64,000 nucleotides of DNA, from positions 5,146,001 through 5,210,000 of the forward strand of contig JBHGNT010000014.1 of NCBI GenBank assembly GCA_043228905.1. The letters run 5' to 3'. A model generated the notes under the pieces. The model worked only from the letters and a program-made list of their open reading frames with translations, did not search any database and was not told the DNA's origin. Source of the stretch: Azolla caroliniana. Lineage: Eukaryota > Plantae > Polypodiophyta. Positions 1 to 11,357 of the stretch are shown piece after piece. Within the stretch, counting starts at the first letter, position 1. Every line of letters begins with the position of its first letter. Both the position numbers and the translations under genes were made by a program.

Positions 1-2562
1 TTGAAGACCAGGAGTCTTGCTGGTTCTTTCGGCTTCAATTTTATCCAACTGGACGGAAGTGCCTATATCATTTTTGTCGAATTCTTGCATAATACGTTGA
101 ATTTCTTCTCTATAAAATGCCGCAATTTCGTCCATATCTTTCATGATATCCTCTTGGATATTGTCAATATCCTTTTGTGCCATTTTAAAAAAACCTACAC
201 CTTGGACCTGACGGTTATTTTTGTCGGCACGCAATAACTGTAATTCCGCCGCTTGTGCCGTCCATAACTTCCATCCTTGCGCAAGGGATTCATCGATCAT
301 TTTCTTTGCTAGGTTTCGATGTTTCCCTATGATGCGTTGCACTTTGTCCTTAGTGATGCTTGCGACGAATTGAGCGGCTTGCAACTCTTTCCGTAAATCC
401 GTAATAGTGGCTCGGTTTTCACTTTCAGCCCGCATTAGTTTGGATTCGACTACATATATGTCCAGCCGCCTTTGTTCCGATATCTTCCGAATTTCGTTCA
501 GTTGTTGTTCGAATGCCGATTTCTCTTTGCTCCATTCCTCCTGGTGTTCCGTAATTCTTCTGTTGACTTCTTCAAGACTCCGCTCTTTTTCTGTCAATTG
601 ACTTTCCTGTGACACTATATACCTTTCGAATTCCTCAATTTGTTCGGTATATGTATGATTGGCTGTCTTAGCTTCTTCCAGATTTTTCTGTAATTCGTTT
701 ATTAATTGATTTTTTTCTTCGAGAACTTTGTATTGGCCATTCTGAATGGTTTCTATTTGTTTTTCTAATTCTGTAGTTTGAAATACAGCATTGTTGGCCC
801 TTGTTGTTTCTGCTTGACGTGCTTTCTCAGCGTCCTCCAATTTCTACTGCCATTCTGACTCCGACGCCATAGGTCGTTCCTGTGTTTCCCATTTGTTTAG
901 ACTTTCTTTTAGTTCTTTATTTTCTGTCTGTATGTTACAAAACTGACGTTTCAGCACCTCCGCCGATGCTGATACACTTTTGTATCTTTCAGCCATATCA
1001 CTGGCTGCTTTGCGTGCCGTTTCATATTCTCTATGAATTTCGACCAGTGCTTCATGTAATGGTGGCATTTCAATAGCCTCCCCTCTATTCTGTGCATTTC
1101 TTTTCCGGCCGATTTTCTCTATCTCTGCTTTTTCTTGAGGTTCCAACACTCCTCGTAAGGCCTTCTGTATCATTATTCGGTCATTATGTTCTTGAGCCAG
1201 CCGTTCTGATACTTCTGTCAATCTTCTAGCCAACCATTCAACCAGTTCGTATGAAGTTCCGAACTGTAAAATGGCAGCTAATTCATGTGCTGTTGGTGGA
1301 ATATCCAAGCACCCATGTGCTTCCCGAATTGCTACTTTTGAAGATTGTCCTTATTGAAGTTGTGTCGAAACGCTCTCATTCCCTGGTTTTATTACTTCTG
1401 CTACTACAGGCGTATTCGAATTTTCCTTTGTGCATTGCCTTTTCGGTGCTGACCCATCACTGTTTTCTGGTTGGAATTGCCGATTAGCCTTTTGTTTAAC
1501 CCTTGTCCTTTGTCGCATCTTCTCTGCTTGTTGTCGATTTTCTGTCGGCTGCTGCTTGTTTATCAAATGGTCAACTGTTTCTTGTTCGGCTGCTGGTTGC
1601 CTGTTTTCGGAATTCTCTGGTCTTGGTGGTTCCGACTGAGGCATATCCGTTTGTATATTATCGGCATGTGCCGATTCTTCCTCTATCCATTCTTCATGTG
1701 CTACCTGTCGGTGTCTTCGAGGTGCTTGTACTATCGGTGGTCTTCTTGACTAAACAGGAGTTTCCGATTCTTGAATCGGAAACAATACCGATAGCCAACG
1801 ACCAAAAATTTGCTTCATTGGTTTTCCTGTTTTTACCCCTTGTAGCTGCTCTCTCAGAGCTTCCCCCGACAATAGTGGCTAGTTGAAATCCTCTTTTTCG
1901 TATGCGGCTATGATAAACCCAGCCCTTTTTTTCGGCATACAATAAAAACGGGGACTGACAAATCCCACCTCTAGTAAAAATCTAGCCACTTCATGGAAAA
2001 ACTCATCCCGACCTCCATAAGTCTGATATGCTTTTGCCGAGGGTGAGTATTCCCCGAAATACGATTGGAGTGCTTCTGATGAAGGTTTTTTAACTGCCTC
2101 AAAGCCTCCTCTTGGCATCTGTAATGCATTTCGTATTTTCTTTGTGGTGACCTTGGTGATGTCTAATTGTTGTACCAATTCTTCCGCCTGCGGATGAGGT
2201 TCCGCTTCTGCTACTTTGATGAAACCTTGTAAGTTTCTCTCATGAAGCCACAGTCGCAATTCTTCAGACACAGGAATCGGCATGACTTCTGTGTTTGCTT
2301 GTTCTGAATCACTTGTCGATGACGTTTGGAGATCTCCACAACTTCTGTAGCGATGAAAATCAGAAAAACAGAGTTTGGGCGAGCTAGGGCACGAAGGCTC
2401 AGAATGTTTCGAGATCTGCACTCGTTTCTGTTGCTTTGGCGACACAGAAGATACAGAAATATGCTTTAAAGATATTAACTTATGCATTATGACTAAAGAA
2501 TAGTAATTGCTATTAATGTAGGAATTAATTAGTATTAACTCTACGTGTAGTGGTTGTACCAC
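1..2562 (-). pseudogene. Extra ORF downstream of pol in Gypsy A (globular N-terminus, low-complexity linker, coiled coil); frameshifted
   Basis: ORF pieces 1879-2562, 1694-1942, 1351-1644 and 844-1308. WLHERNLQGF...YFGEYSPSAKAYQTYGG aligns by eye with the C extra ORF (WLRQHGLEGF...YFGEYSLASKAYRTQGG). Confidence 0.75.
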
Positions 2563-2651
2563 TTACTAATAATCATGCAATTCCTCTTCCTATTTATAGT
2601 CGATTCAGACTGTTATGGCAAGATTCTATTTCTGCATTTTTATTTTTATTT

Positions 2652-5600
2652 TTATTCTTCCGTTTGAATAAACGGGTTTACCGGCATATCTCCCAAATAC
2701 GGTTTAAGCCGGAATCCATTTACCCATTTCGGTAAAACCTCTCCGGTTAATGATCCCAGCTGATACATACCATTTTTACTATTAATTATCCATACTGGAC
2801 CTGTCCATCTATACCGAAGTTTCCCAGGCATAAGTCCCATTTTCGTCTGGAATACCAATACCGGTTTCCCAATTTCGAATTGCTCTTCCGATTTCCTTCG
2901 ATGTCGATTTACGAATGCCTTGATTTGTTTCTGCTTGTGTTCTAGTGCTGACATTGATTGAATCCGTTCTTCTTCTAATACTAATAAAGCCTCTTTGCGT
3001 ATCTGCTCCGATTCTATTTCATTTAACTTATTCGTCGCTTGGATACGAAGTGTCGGAATTTGAAATTCGATCGGCATAACAGCTTCAAGTCCGAATGCCA
3101 TTCGAAAAGGTGTTGATTTAATGGATGTTTTGTACGAAGTACGATATGCCCATAATGCACTATTTAACTTTTGATCCCAATCAGTACGATTTTCATTCAC
3201 TATCTTCTTTAAAATTGTTTGAATTGTTTTATTTGTCGATTCTGCCAATCCATTAGCTTGGGGATAGTAAGGCGTACTTTTCTTATGAACTACGGCATAA
3301 TAATTAGTTAATTCATGAATTAACTTGTTAATAAAATGAGTGCCTTGATCGCTTACCAATTCTATTGGGCAACCGAATCGACACCATATATTTTCATACA
3401 GGAATTTTGCTCTGGATGCTGCTGTATTGTCTCTGAGAGCTTTTGCTTCAACCCATTTTGTGCAATAGTCAGTCGCAATTATGATATATCGATTACCGGT
3501 TCTTGCAGCTGCTGGTTTGAATGGGCCAACAAAATCTAAGCCCCATTTCTGAAATGGCTCAAGAGGTAAAACCGGTTGAAAAGGCATTCGATCCTTTTCG
3601 GTCGGTTGCCCCATTCTTTGACACAAATCGCATTTCTTACAATATTCGTTAGCATCTTTCATCACCGTTGGCCACCATAACCCGCTATTCCATATTTTTC
3701 TGGCTGTTGCTTCTCCTGCGTAATGACCGCCAGCAATTCCACAATGTGACTCTGTTAATATGGCTAATTTTTCAAATTTCCGTACTGCCCTTCGCCATAT
3801 TCCATCCGCTCCTTTATGATACAACATGTCATTAAATAAACAAAAATTTCGACTTCGTACTGCAATTCTTTTTCTTTCATCTGTCGACATGTGTTCGCCC
3901 GGAATTCCTGTTGATAGAAATATCGTCATTTCGGAAATCCATTCATCCTCTTTTTCCTCATTCATTTCTTGTGCTTTTACTGTCTCAACCCGAAATAATT
4001 GAGTATCTGGAAAATCATCTTTAACACCAACCGCTTCTTCTTCAGATTCAAGCCGACTGAGATAGTCAGCAATCGCGTGCTGTGCTCCTGGTCGATGTAT
4101 AATGTCGAATTCAAACTCTTGAAGCAATAACGTCCATCTGGCTAACTTGCCTGTCAATTCTTGTTTGGAAACTAGATACAGTAGAGCCGAATGATCCACA
4201 TGAAATGTAAATTTCTTACCCAAAAGGTAATGTCGAAATTTGTTCACACTATATATCATTCCCAAAGCTTCTCTTTCGGTTGTTGAATAGTTTCTTTCGG
4301 CCGACGAAAGTTTTCTACTGGCATAGTATACCGGCCTATACCAGTTTGGTTCGGATAATTGCATTAAAGCACTGCCTATGGCAATGTCCGACGCATCGAC
4401 GAAAACATGAAATGGTTTGTTCCAGTCCGGTGGTTGGACTACCGGAACCTTTGTCAGCATCTTCTTGAGACATTCGTATGCATCTTGTTCTATACTTGTC
4501 CATATAAAAGGAACTTTGTGTACTGCTGTGTGTAACGGAATAGCAATGTCTGCTAGATATCTCGTCATTCTACTGTGCCACCGAATTTGACCCAAAAATC
4601 TACTTAGAGCTTTAGCATTTGTCGGTGGTGTTGCCTCAATAATTGCTTTAACTTTGTCTGGGTCCACTGCAATCCCTTCTTGACTGACAATATGCCCAAG
4701 TAACGTACCACTCATTACTCCGAATGCGCATTTGGCTGGATTTAAGCTAAGACGCCCTTTTCGACATTTCTCTAAACATAGCCGTAAATGCTCAAAATGA
4801 TCAGCTTTCCGACTATATACCGCAAAATCATCTAAAAACACCTGCATGAAAGCTGGAATATATTCCCCGAATATTTCCTGTATTACCCGCTGAAATGTAG
4901 CTGGAGCTGTTTTTAAACCGAACATCATTACTACTGCCACAAAGACACCCCATTCTGTGACAAAAGTTGTCTTTTCCTGATCTTCCGGATTCATCCGTAC
5001 TTGGTTGTACCCACTGAACCCATCCAAGAAACTATAAATTTCATGTCCAGCTACTGCATCTAATATCCCATCTGTGAATGGCAACGGAAACGCATCCGTA
5101 ATTGTCGCTGCATTCAATTTTCTGTAATCCACACATACGCGAATTTTCCCATTCTTTTTCGGGACTACTACTATCGGACTCAGCCATGTTGATTTTTTGA
5201 CGGGTCGAATAAATCCTACTTTTAAGAGTTTATCGATTTCTTCTTTTACTTTGATAGCATAATTCGGATTCAACCTGTACCTGCGTTGTTGTACTGGCTT
5301 TGCATCTTTATGCAAATTGATTTGATGTTGACAAAAAGCGGGATCCAGACCTTTCATATCGTCAAACGACCATGCAAAAACATCTTTATATTGTAATAGT
5401 AATGTTGTTAATGTCCGTTTGTCATTTTCCGCCAAATCTCTAGCAATCAAGATTGTTTTTCTTTCACCATCCTCTACTCCTGCCAAATCGATCTCCTCTA
5501 ATGCTGAGGCTTGCACTCTCTGAGATACCTTCATTTCCTTATCTGTAGCTTCTTGTTGCATTCGTATTTCTTTCATTGTTTGCTCATCTATTGGCACTTC

Positions 5601-5904
5601 TTCGTGTGAGTCTACATATGGTGTTAATGCTTGCAAAATATCTACCTCAAATAGAGGGATCATTTTCTGATTATCATTAAAATACTGACTTTCTTCTTCC
5701 TCGTCCAATCCTTCCATCATATTAACTGCTTCTGCATGTACAGGTAAACTCTGTTTGCTTGTTGTCACTTTGTTGTGCGTTGGAATCCTGACCTTAGTTT
5801 TTCCTTTCCTAAATGTTAGCACATTTTGTTTCCAATTTTGTTTGATATTAGCTGTCTTTAACCATGGTCTCCCCAATAACAAGGGGTATGCTCCCTGTGT
5901 TTCT
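2652..5904 (-). CDS. pol: Gypsy A pol, 3' part (end of protease, RT, RNase H, integrase); open frame
   Basis: Part of the 2652..6239 ORF: KKNGKIRVCVDYRKLN, FLDGFSGYNQ, VFLDDF, FVDASD, AERNYSTTERE, GHYAG...CDLCQ, DFVGP, PYYPQANGLAE. Confidence 0.92.
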
Positions 5905-6573
5905 TGTTGGGATTTCGGTCCCTCCGGATGGGATGTCCGGAGATGAATGACGGCAAGCCCGGAGGCTGTTACGGAACCGTATGATGAAGAGTACCCGGCA
6001 TGAAGCCGGATGAAGAGTACCCGGTTTTGAAGCCGGATGAAGAGTACCCGGTTACGGAGCCGGAGACTGAAGACCCCGGTTACGGAGCCGGATGACGCAT
6101 GTACCCGGAGAGAGATCCGGATGCGGGGACATATCTGTGAATATGTTTGCCAAGGGCCCTTGAGGCTATATTTGTAAATAGCCCGAAAGTCATATGTGTA
6201 TAAATATGACTTAGGGCAAACAGTTTTGTTGTTGCTCATTTTTTTCTGTTTTCCACTAAGAGGGAGCGAAGTGAGAGCAGCCGAGAGAGAGTGAGAGAGA
6301 AGGAGGAAGGAAGAGGTCGACGCCTCTGTGTAATACCGCCGCCTGTGGCGAGGACAGCGAGCTCAAGGTCGTCGCCTTGCAGCTCGCCATTGTACATTCC
6401 CGCGTATAGTGATAGTTGAAGTCTTGCACTCCCGTGGTTTTTCCCATTTAGGGTTTTCCACGTAAAACATCCAGTGTGCCCTTCTCTCTATTGTTTTTCG
6501 TGCATTGTTGTATTTCCCGTTTTCTGTGAATCGATCCTGTTCCTCGGTTGTGGCCGAGCACGGAATTCCGACA
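5905..6573 (+). repeat. Copia B 5' LTR
   Basis: TGTTGGGATTTC...TTCCGACA; direct repeat of 10689-11357; TATA-like TATAAATA near 6198. Confidence 0.97.
5984..6107 (+). repeat. Tandem ~26-bp repeats (GATGAAGAGTACCCGG core) in U3 of the Copia B LTR; also present in the 3' LTR
   Basis: Core occurs three times, followed by degenerate copies (CCCGGTTACGGAGCCGGA). Confidence 0.8.
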
Positions 6574-6576
6574 AAG

Positions 6577-6588
6577 TGGTATCAGAGC
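6577..6588 (+). promoter_or_regulatory. PBS of Copia B (tRNA-iMet)
   Basis: TGGTATCAGAGC, 3 nt after the LTR end. Confidence 0.95.
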
Positions 6589-6604
6589 GACGGTAACACA
6601 GAAA

Positions 6605-9600
6605 ATGGAAGGCGGCAGCAGCGGGCAGCCGGGGATGATGGTGCTGAATGCGCAGAACTACGCCGACTGGAAGATAAAGATGGAGGATCTGCTCATTGTT
6701 CGGGACCTGTATGAACCGATCGACAGGTCGGAAATACCCAAGGGGGTACTTGAGACGGAGTGGAGGCTTCTGAACCGGAAAGCCGTTGCAACCATTCGGC
6801 AATACGTCGACGTGAGCGTTCTACAACACGTGGCGAACGACACCAACGCATATGAGATGTGGAGGAAGCTGTCGGGCCTCTACGAGAGGAAGAATGCGTT
6901 GAACCGGACCTCCCTGATGAGAAAGATAGTGAACCTCAAGTACCGGGACGGCGAGAGTATGGTGGAACACGTAAGCACGTTCATGGGATTCGTGAACCAG
7001 CTTGCGGCGATCAAGTTCCCGTTGGAGGATGCAATGCAAGCCATCATCCTGATGTGTACATTGCCGGACAGCTGGGAGAACTTGGTGGTGACTCTCAGCA
7101 CCTCCTGCACCGAAGATAACTTGTCCCTACAAACGGTAAAGACAAGTATTTTGAACGAAGAAGCGCGTCGGAGAGATAAAGAACCGGCCTCCGACTCGAA
7201 GGCGCTGCTTACCGAATCGGAACGGGGAAGACAATGGAACCGGAGTCCGCAAAGACGGGAGAAGTCGGGGACCCGGTCGCAGTCAAGAGGAAGACCCACA
7301 TGCTTCCACTGTGGGAAGCCGGGGCACTTCCGGAAGAATTGTCGGCATTACCGAAAAGACAACGGAGCCGACGACACCGATTCGAAGAAGTCACCGGAGA
7401 GAAACGGTGCATACCGGGGAGCCACGGACCGGAGAGGTCCGGATCGGCGAGGGCAGGACCGGAAAGGAACGACGGCACTCGCGGCAAGTGAGGAAGAAAT
7501 CATGCTCATCACCGAAGAAGGTGAGCTAAACATTGCCGGCGATGAGACGACCTGGGTGGTCGATTCCGGAGCGTCGTTCCACCTGACCCCGGAAAGAAGA
7601 TACTTCTCATCCTACACAGCCGGTGAGCATGGCTGTGTTCGGATGGGAAATGAAGGTACGTGCCGGATCGCCGGCATAGGAGACGTGTGGTTGACAACCT
7701 CGACCGGATGTAAAATGCTGCTGAAGGATGTCCGACACGTTCCGGAGGTTCGATTGAACCTGATTTCGGCCGGGAGGCTAGACGATGAAGGCTACACAGG
7801 TAGCATCCGGAACGGCGTAATGAAGTTCAGCAAGGGGAGCCTGATAGTGGCTCGGGCCCGAAAAGTCAACACACTGTACCTGATGAATGCCCGGTTATGT
7901 CCGGAAGAGCTGAATGTGGCAGCCGACACTGCCGGTGAGCTGTGGCACAAAAGACTGTGCCACATGAGTGAGAAGGGGATGAAGAGGCTTGCAGAAGAAA
8001 ACCTTATTCCAGTGAAGCATGTGCACCTGGAGAATTGCACCGATTGCCTGGCCGGTAAGCAGAACCGAACCTCCTTCCACTCAAGGCCACCGACGAGACG
8101 TAGCGCACCATTGGAGTTGGTGCACACTGATGTGTGTCAGGTAGAAACGAAGTCGCATGGCGGAGCCCAGTACTTCGTGACTTTCATTGATGATCACAGC
8201 CGGAAGCTGTGGACGGCACCGTTGAAGACAAAGGACCAAGTGTTGTCCGTCTTCAAAGAACTCCACGCGAGAGTGGAAAGAGAATCCGGCAAGAAGCTGA
8301 AAGCGATACGAGCGGATAACGGAGGAGAATACCGGGGGCAGTTCGCGGAGTACTGTCGCTCGAAGGGAATCCGGCTCGAGTTTACTGTGCCGAAGACGCC
8401 GGAACTGAACGGGCTGGCCGAGAGGATGAACCGGACCATAATGGAGAGGGTCCGGAGTATGCTAGCGCATGCGAAATTACCCAAGGGGTTTTGGGCTGAG
8501 GCGATGTCGACGGCGACATACGTGATAAATAGATCACCCTCAGTACCTTTGGACGGAGACACGCCGCAGAGAGTGTGGACCGGTAGGGAAGTATCCTACC
8601 GGCATCTGAAGGTGTTCGGGTGCCTCGCATATGTGCATGTGGCTAAGGACCGGAGAGGAAAGCTAGATCCAAAGACCCGGCCATGCATATTCCTCGGTTA
8701 CGGCGATGACGAGTTCGGCTACCGAGTATGGGACCCGGTCGACAAGAAGATATTCCGGAGTCGTGATATCATCTTCATGGAGAACAAGACACTTGCCGAC
8801 TGGGAGTCGGAGAAGAAGATGAAGAGCTCCAAGTCGACCGGTGAGGATCAACTCTACGAGGAGCAGTCCCGACCGGCAAGAGACCGGTTAGCACTCGAGG
8901 ATCCGGCCGAAGACGGTGAAGAAGCAGAACCGGCCGAAGAAGATGAAAATGATACCGGAACCGGCCCCGATCCCGAAATGGATTCGGATGAAGAAGAATC
9001 GGAAGAACCGGTTACCGAAGCTCCGGAACGGAGATATCCTCTAAGAGAGAGAAGGGCCCCCCGGAGATTTCCGGAACCAGAGCACGTGCTGCTAACCGAC
9101 GAAGGGGAGCCGGAGAGCTTTGAAGAAGCAAAGCATGACACCCAGAGCCGCAGGTGGTTGAGTGCCATGCAGGACGAGATGGATTCCCTGCATGAGAACC
9201 ACACATATGAACTTGTGGAGTTGCCGAAAGGAAAGCGGGCACTTCGAAACAAGTGGGTGTTCAAGCTGAAACCGGGAGATGCCGGAAACCCCCCGAGATA
9301 CAAAGCCAGGATCGTGGTGAAGGGGTTTCAGCAGAAGAAGGGCGTCGACTTCGACGAGATATTTGCCCCGGTTGTGAAGATGACCTCCATCCGGACGGTG
9401 CTGAGCATAGCGGCAAGCATGGACCTCGAGGTAGAACAGATGGACGTGAAGACGGCATTCCTTCACGGTGACCTCGAAGAAGAGATCTACATGCAGCAAC
9501 CGGAAGGATTCGAGAAGAAAGGGAAGGAGCACCTGGTATGCCGGTTGAAGAAGAGCCTTTACGGACTGAAGCAGGCTCCCCGGCAATGGTACCGGAAGTT

Positions 9601-10678
9601 CGACTCCTTCATGACCGACGAAGGGTACCACAAAACGCAGTCTGATCACTGCGTGTTTGTGAAGAAGTTCGAAGGAGGAGACTCTCTAATACTCCTCCTG
9701 TACGTGGACGACATGTTGATCGTCGGACGGGACCAGGTCAAGATACGGGCGCTGAAGAAAGCGCTTCACCGAACCTTCTCAATGAAGGACCTGGGTCCGG
9801 CGAGGCAAATACTAGGGATGCACATCATCCGGGACCGGAAGAAGAAGCAGTTGTGGCTGTCACAGGAGAAGTACGTGACAAAGGTGCTTCACCGGTTCAA
9901 CATGTCGGAAGCAAGACCGGTCGGGTCAACCCTCCCGGCAAACTGCAAGTTGTCCAGCAAGCAAAGCCCCAAGACAAAGGCTGAGAAGGAGGACATGATG
10001 AAAGTACCATATGCCTCTGCCGTCGGAAGCTTGATGTACGCAATGGTGTGTACAAGACCGGACATAGGATATGCAGTTGGAGTGGTGAGCCGGTACATGA
10101 GCAATCCCGGCAAAGAGCACTGGAACGCGGTCAAGTGGATACTCCGATACCTGAAGGGTACGACAAACGTGTGCCTCCGATTTGGCTCCGGTAAGCCCGA
10201 ATTCGACGGCTTTACCGATTCGGATATGTCGGCTGATGCAGATACCAGCCGGTCCACATCAGGGTATGTGATGACGTATGCAGGTGGAGCTGTTTCGTGG
10301 CAGTCGAGGTTGCAGAAGACGGTTGCGCTGTCAACCACGGAGGCGGAGTACATGGCGGCTGTTGAAGCCGGCAAGGAAATAATATGGATGAAGGACTTCA
10401 TTAGAGAGCTCGGTATCCGGCAGGAGGAGTACCGACTCTACTGCGATAGTCTGAGTGCCATCCACCTTGCGAAGAACGCGGCCTACCATTCCCGGACGAA
10501 ACACATCTAGCGTAGATACCACTGGATCCGGGAAAGAATAGAAGACAAGGAGTTCGTGCTGACGAAGATCCACACGGACGAGAACGGGTCGGATATGCTG
10601 ACCAAGGTGCTCACACCCGACAAGCTGGAAGCATGCCGGAAGAGGATCGGGTTGGAGAGACATCCCATGCCGAAGTGA
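6605..10678 (+). CDS. gag-pol: Copia B Gag-Pol polyprotein; one in-frame TAG at 10508-10510 in RNase H
   Basis: CFHCGKPGHFRKNC knuckle, VVDSGAS, WHKRLCH, DNGGEY, LYVDDML, HSRTKHI*. The frame resumes RRYHWIRE...DENGSDMLTK and ends at TGA 10676-10678. Confidence 0.95.
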
Positions 10679-10686
10679 AGGGGGAG
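10677..10686 (+). promoter_or_regulatory. Polypurine tract of Copia B
   Basis: GAAGGGGGAG, 2 nt before the 3' LTR. Confidence 0.92.
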
Positions 10687-10688
10687 TT

Positions 10689-11357
10689 TGTTGGGATTTC
10701 GGTCCCTCCGGATGGGATGTCCGGAGATGAATGACGGCAAGCCCGGAGGCTGTTACGGAACCGTATGATGAAGAGTACCCGGCATGAAGCCGGATGAAGA
10801 GTACCCGGTTTTGAAGCCGGATGAAGAGTACCCGGTTACGGAGCCGGAGACTGAAGACCCCGGTTACGGAGCCGGATGACGCATGTACCCGGAGAGAGAT
10901 CCGGATGCGGGGACATATCTGTGAATATGTTTGCCAAGGGCCCTTGAGGCTATATTTGTAAATAGCTCGAAAGTCATATGTGTATAAATATGACTTAGGG
11001 CAAACAGTTTTGTTGTTGCTCATTTTTTTCTGTTTTCCACTAAGAGGGAGCGAAGTGAGAGCAGCCGAGAGAGAGTGAGAGAGAAGGAGGAAGGAAGAGG
11101 TCGACGCCTCTGTGTAATACCGCCGCCTGTGGCGAGGACAGCGAGCTCAAGGTCGTCGCCTTGCAGCTCGCCATTGTACATTCCCGCGTATAGTGATAGT
11201 TGGAGTCTTGCACTCCCGTGGTTTTTCCCATTTAGGGTTTTCCACGTAAAACATCCAGTGTGCCCTTCTCTCTATTGTTTTTCGTGCATTGTTGTATTTC
11301 CCGTTTTCTGTGAATCGATCCTGTTCCTCGGTTGTGGCCGAGCACGGAATTCCGACA
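10689..11357 (+). repeat. Copia B 3' LTR
   Basis: Direct repeat of 5905-6573, followed by TSD TTTCT. Confidence 0.97.

Larger units (their letters stand above)
5905..11357 (+). mobile_element. Ty1/Copia LTR retrotransposon 'B' (Tnt1/Tork-like), full length and very young
   Basis: 669-bp LTRs (5905-6573 and 10689-11357) with TG...CA ends and only 2 mismatches found by eye. TSD TTTCT (5900-5904 / 11358-11362), PBS and PPT present, gag-PR-INT-RT-RH order. Confidence 0.98.

Noticed and set aside
6658-10401. Many antisense and alternate-frame ORFs over Copia B (likewise over Gypsy C and GDSL exon 3)
   Set aside because: Shadow ORFs of GC-rich coding sequence with no recognisable motifs.
10508-10516. 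Programmed stop-codon readthrough in Copia B
   Set aside because: The context TAG-CGT-AGA is not the CARYYA readthrough signal and the stop is inside RNase H; a point mutation is simpler.
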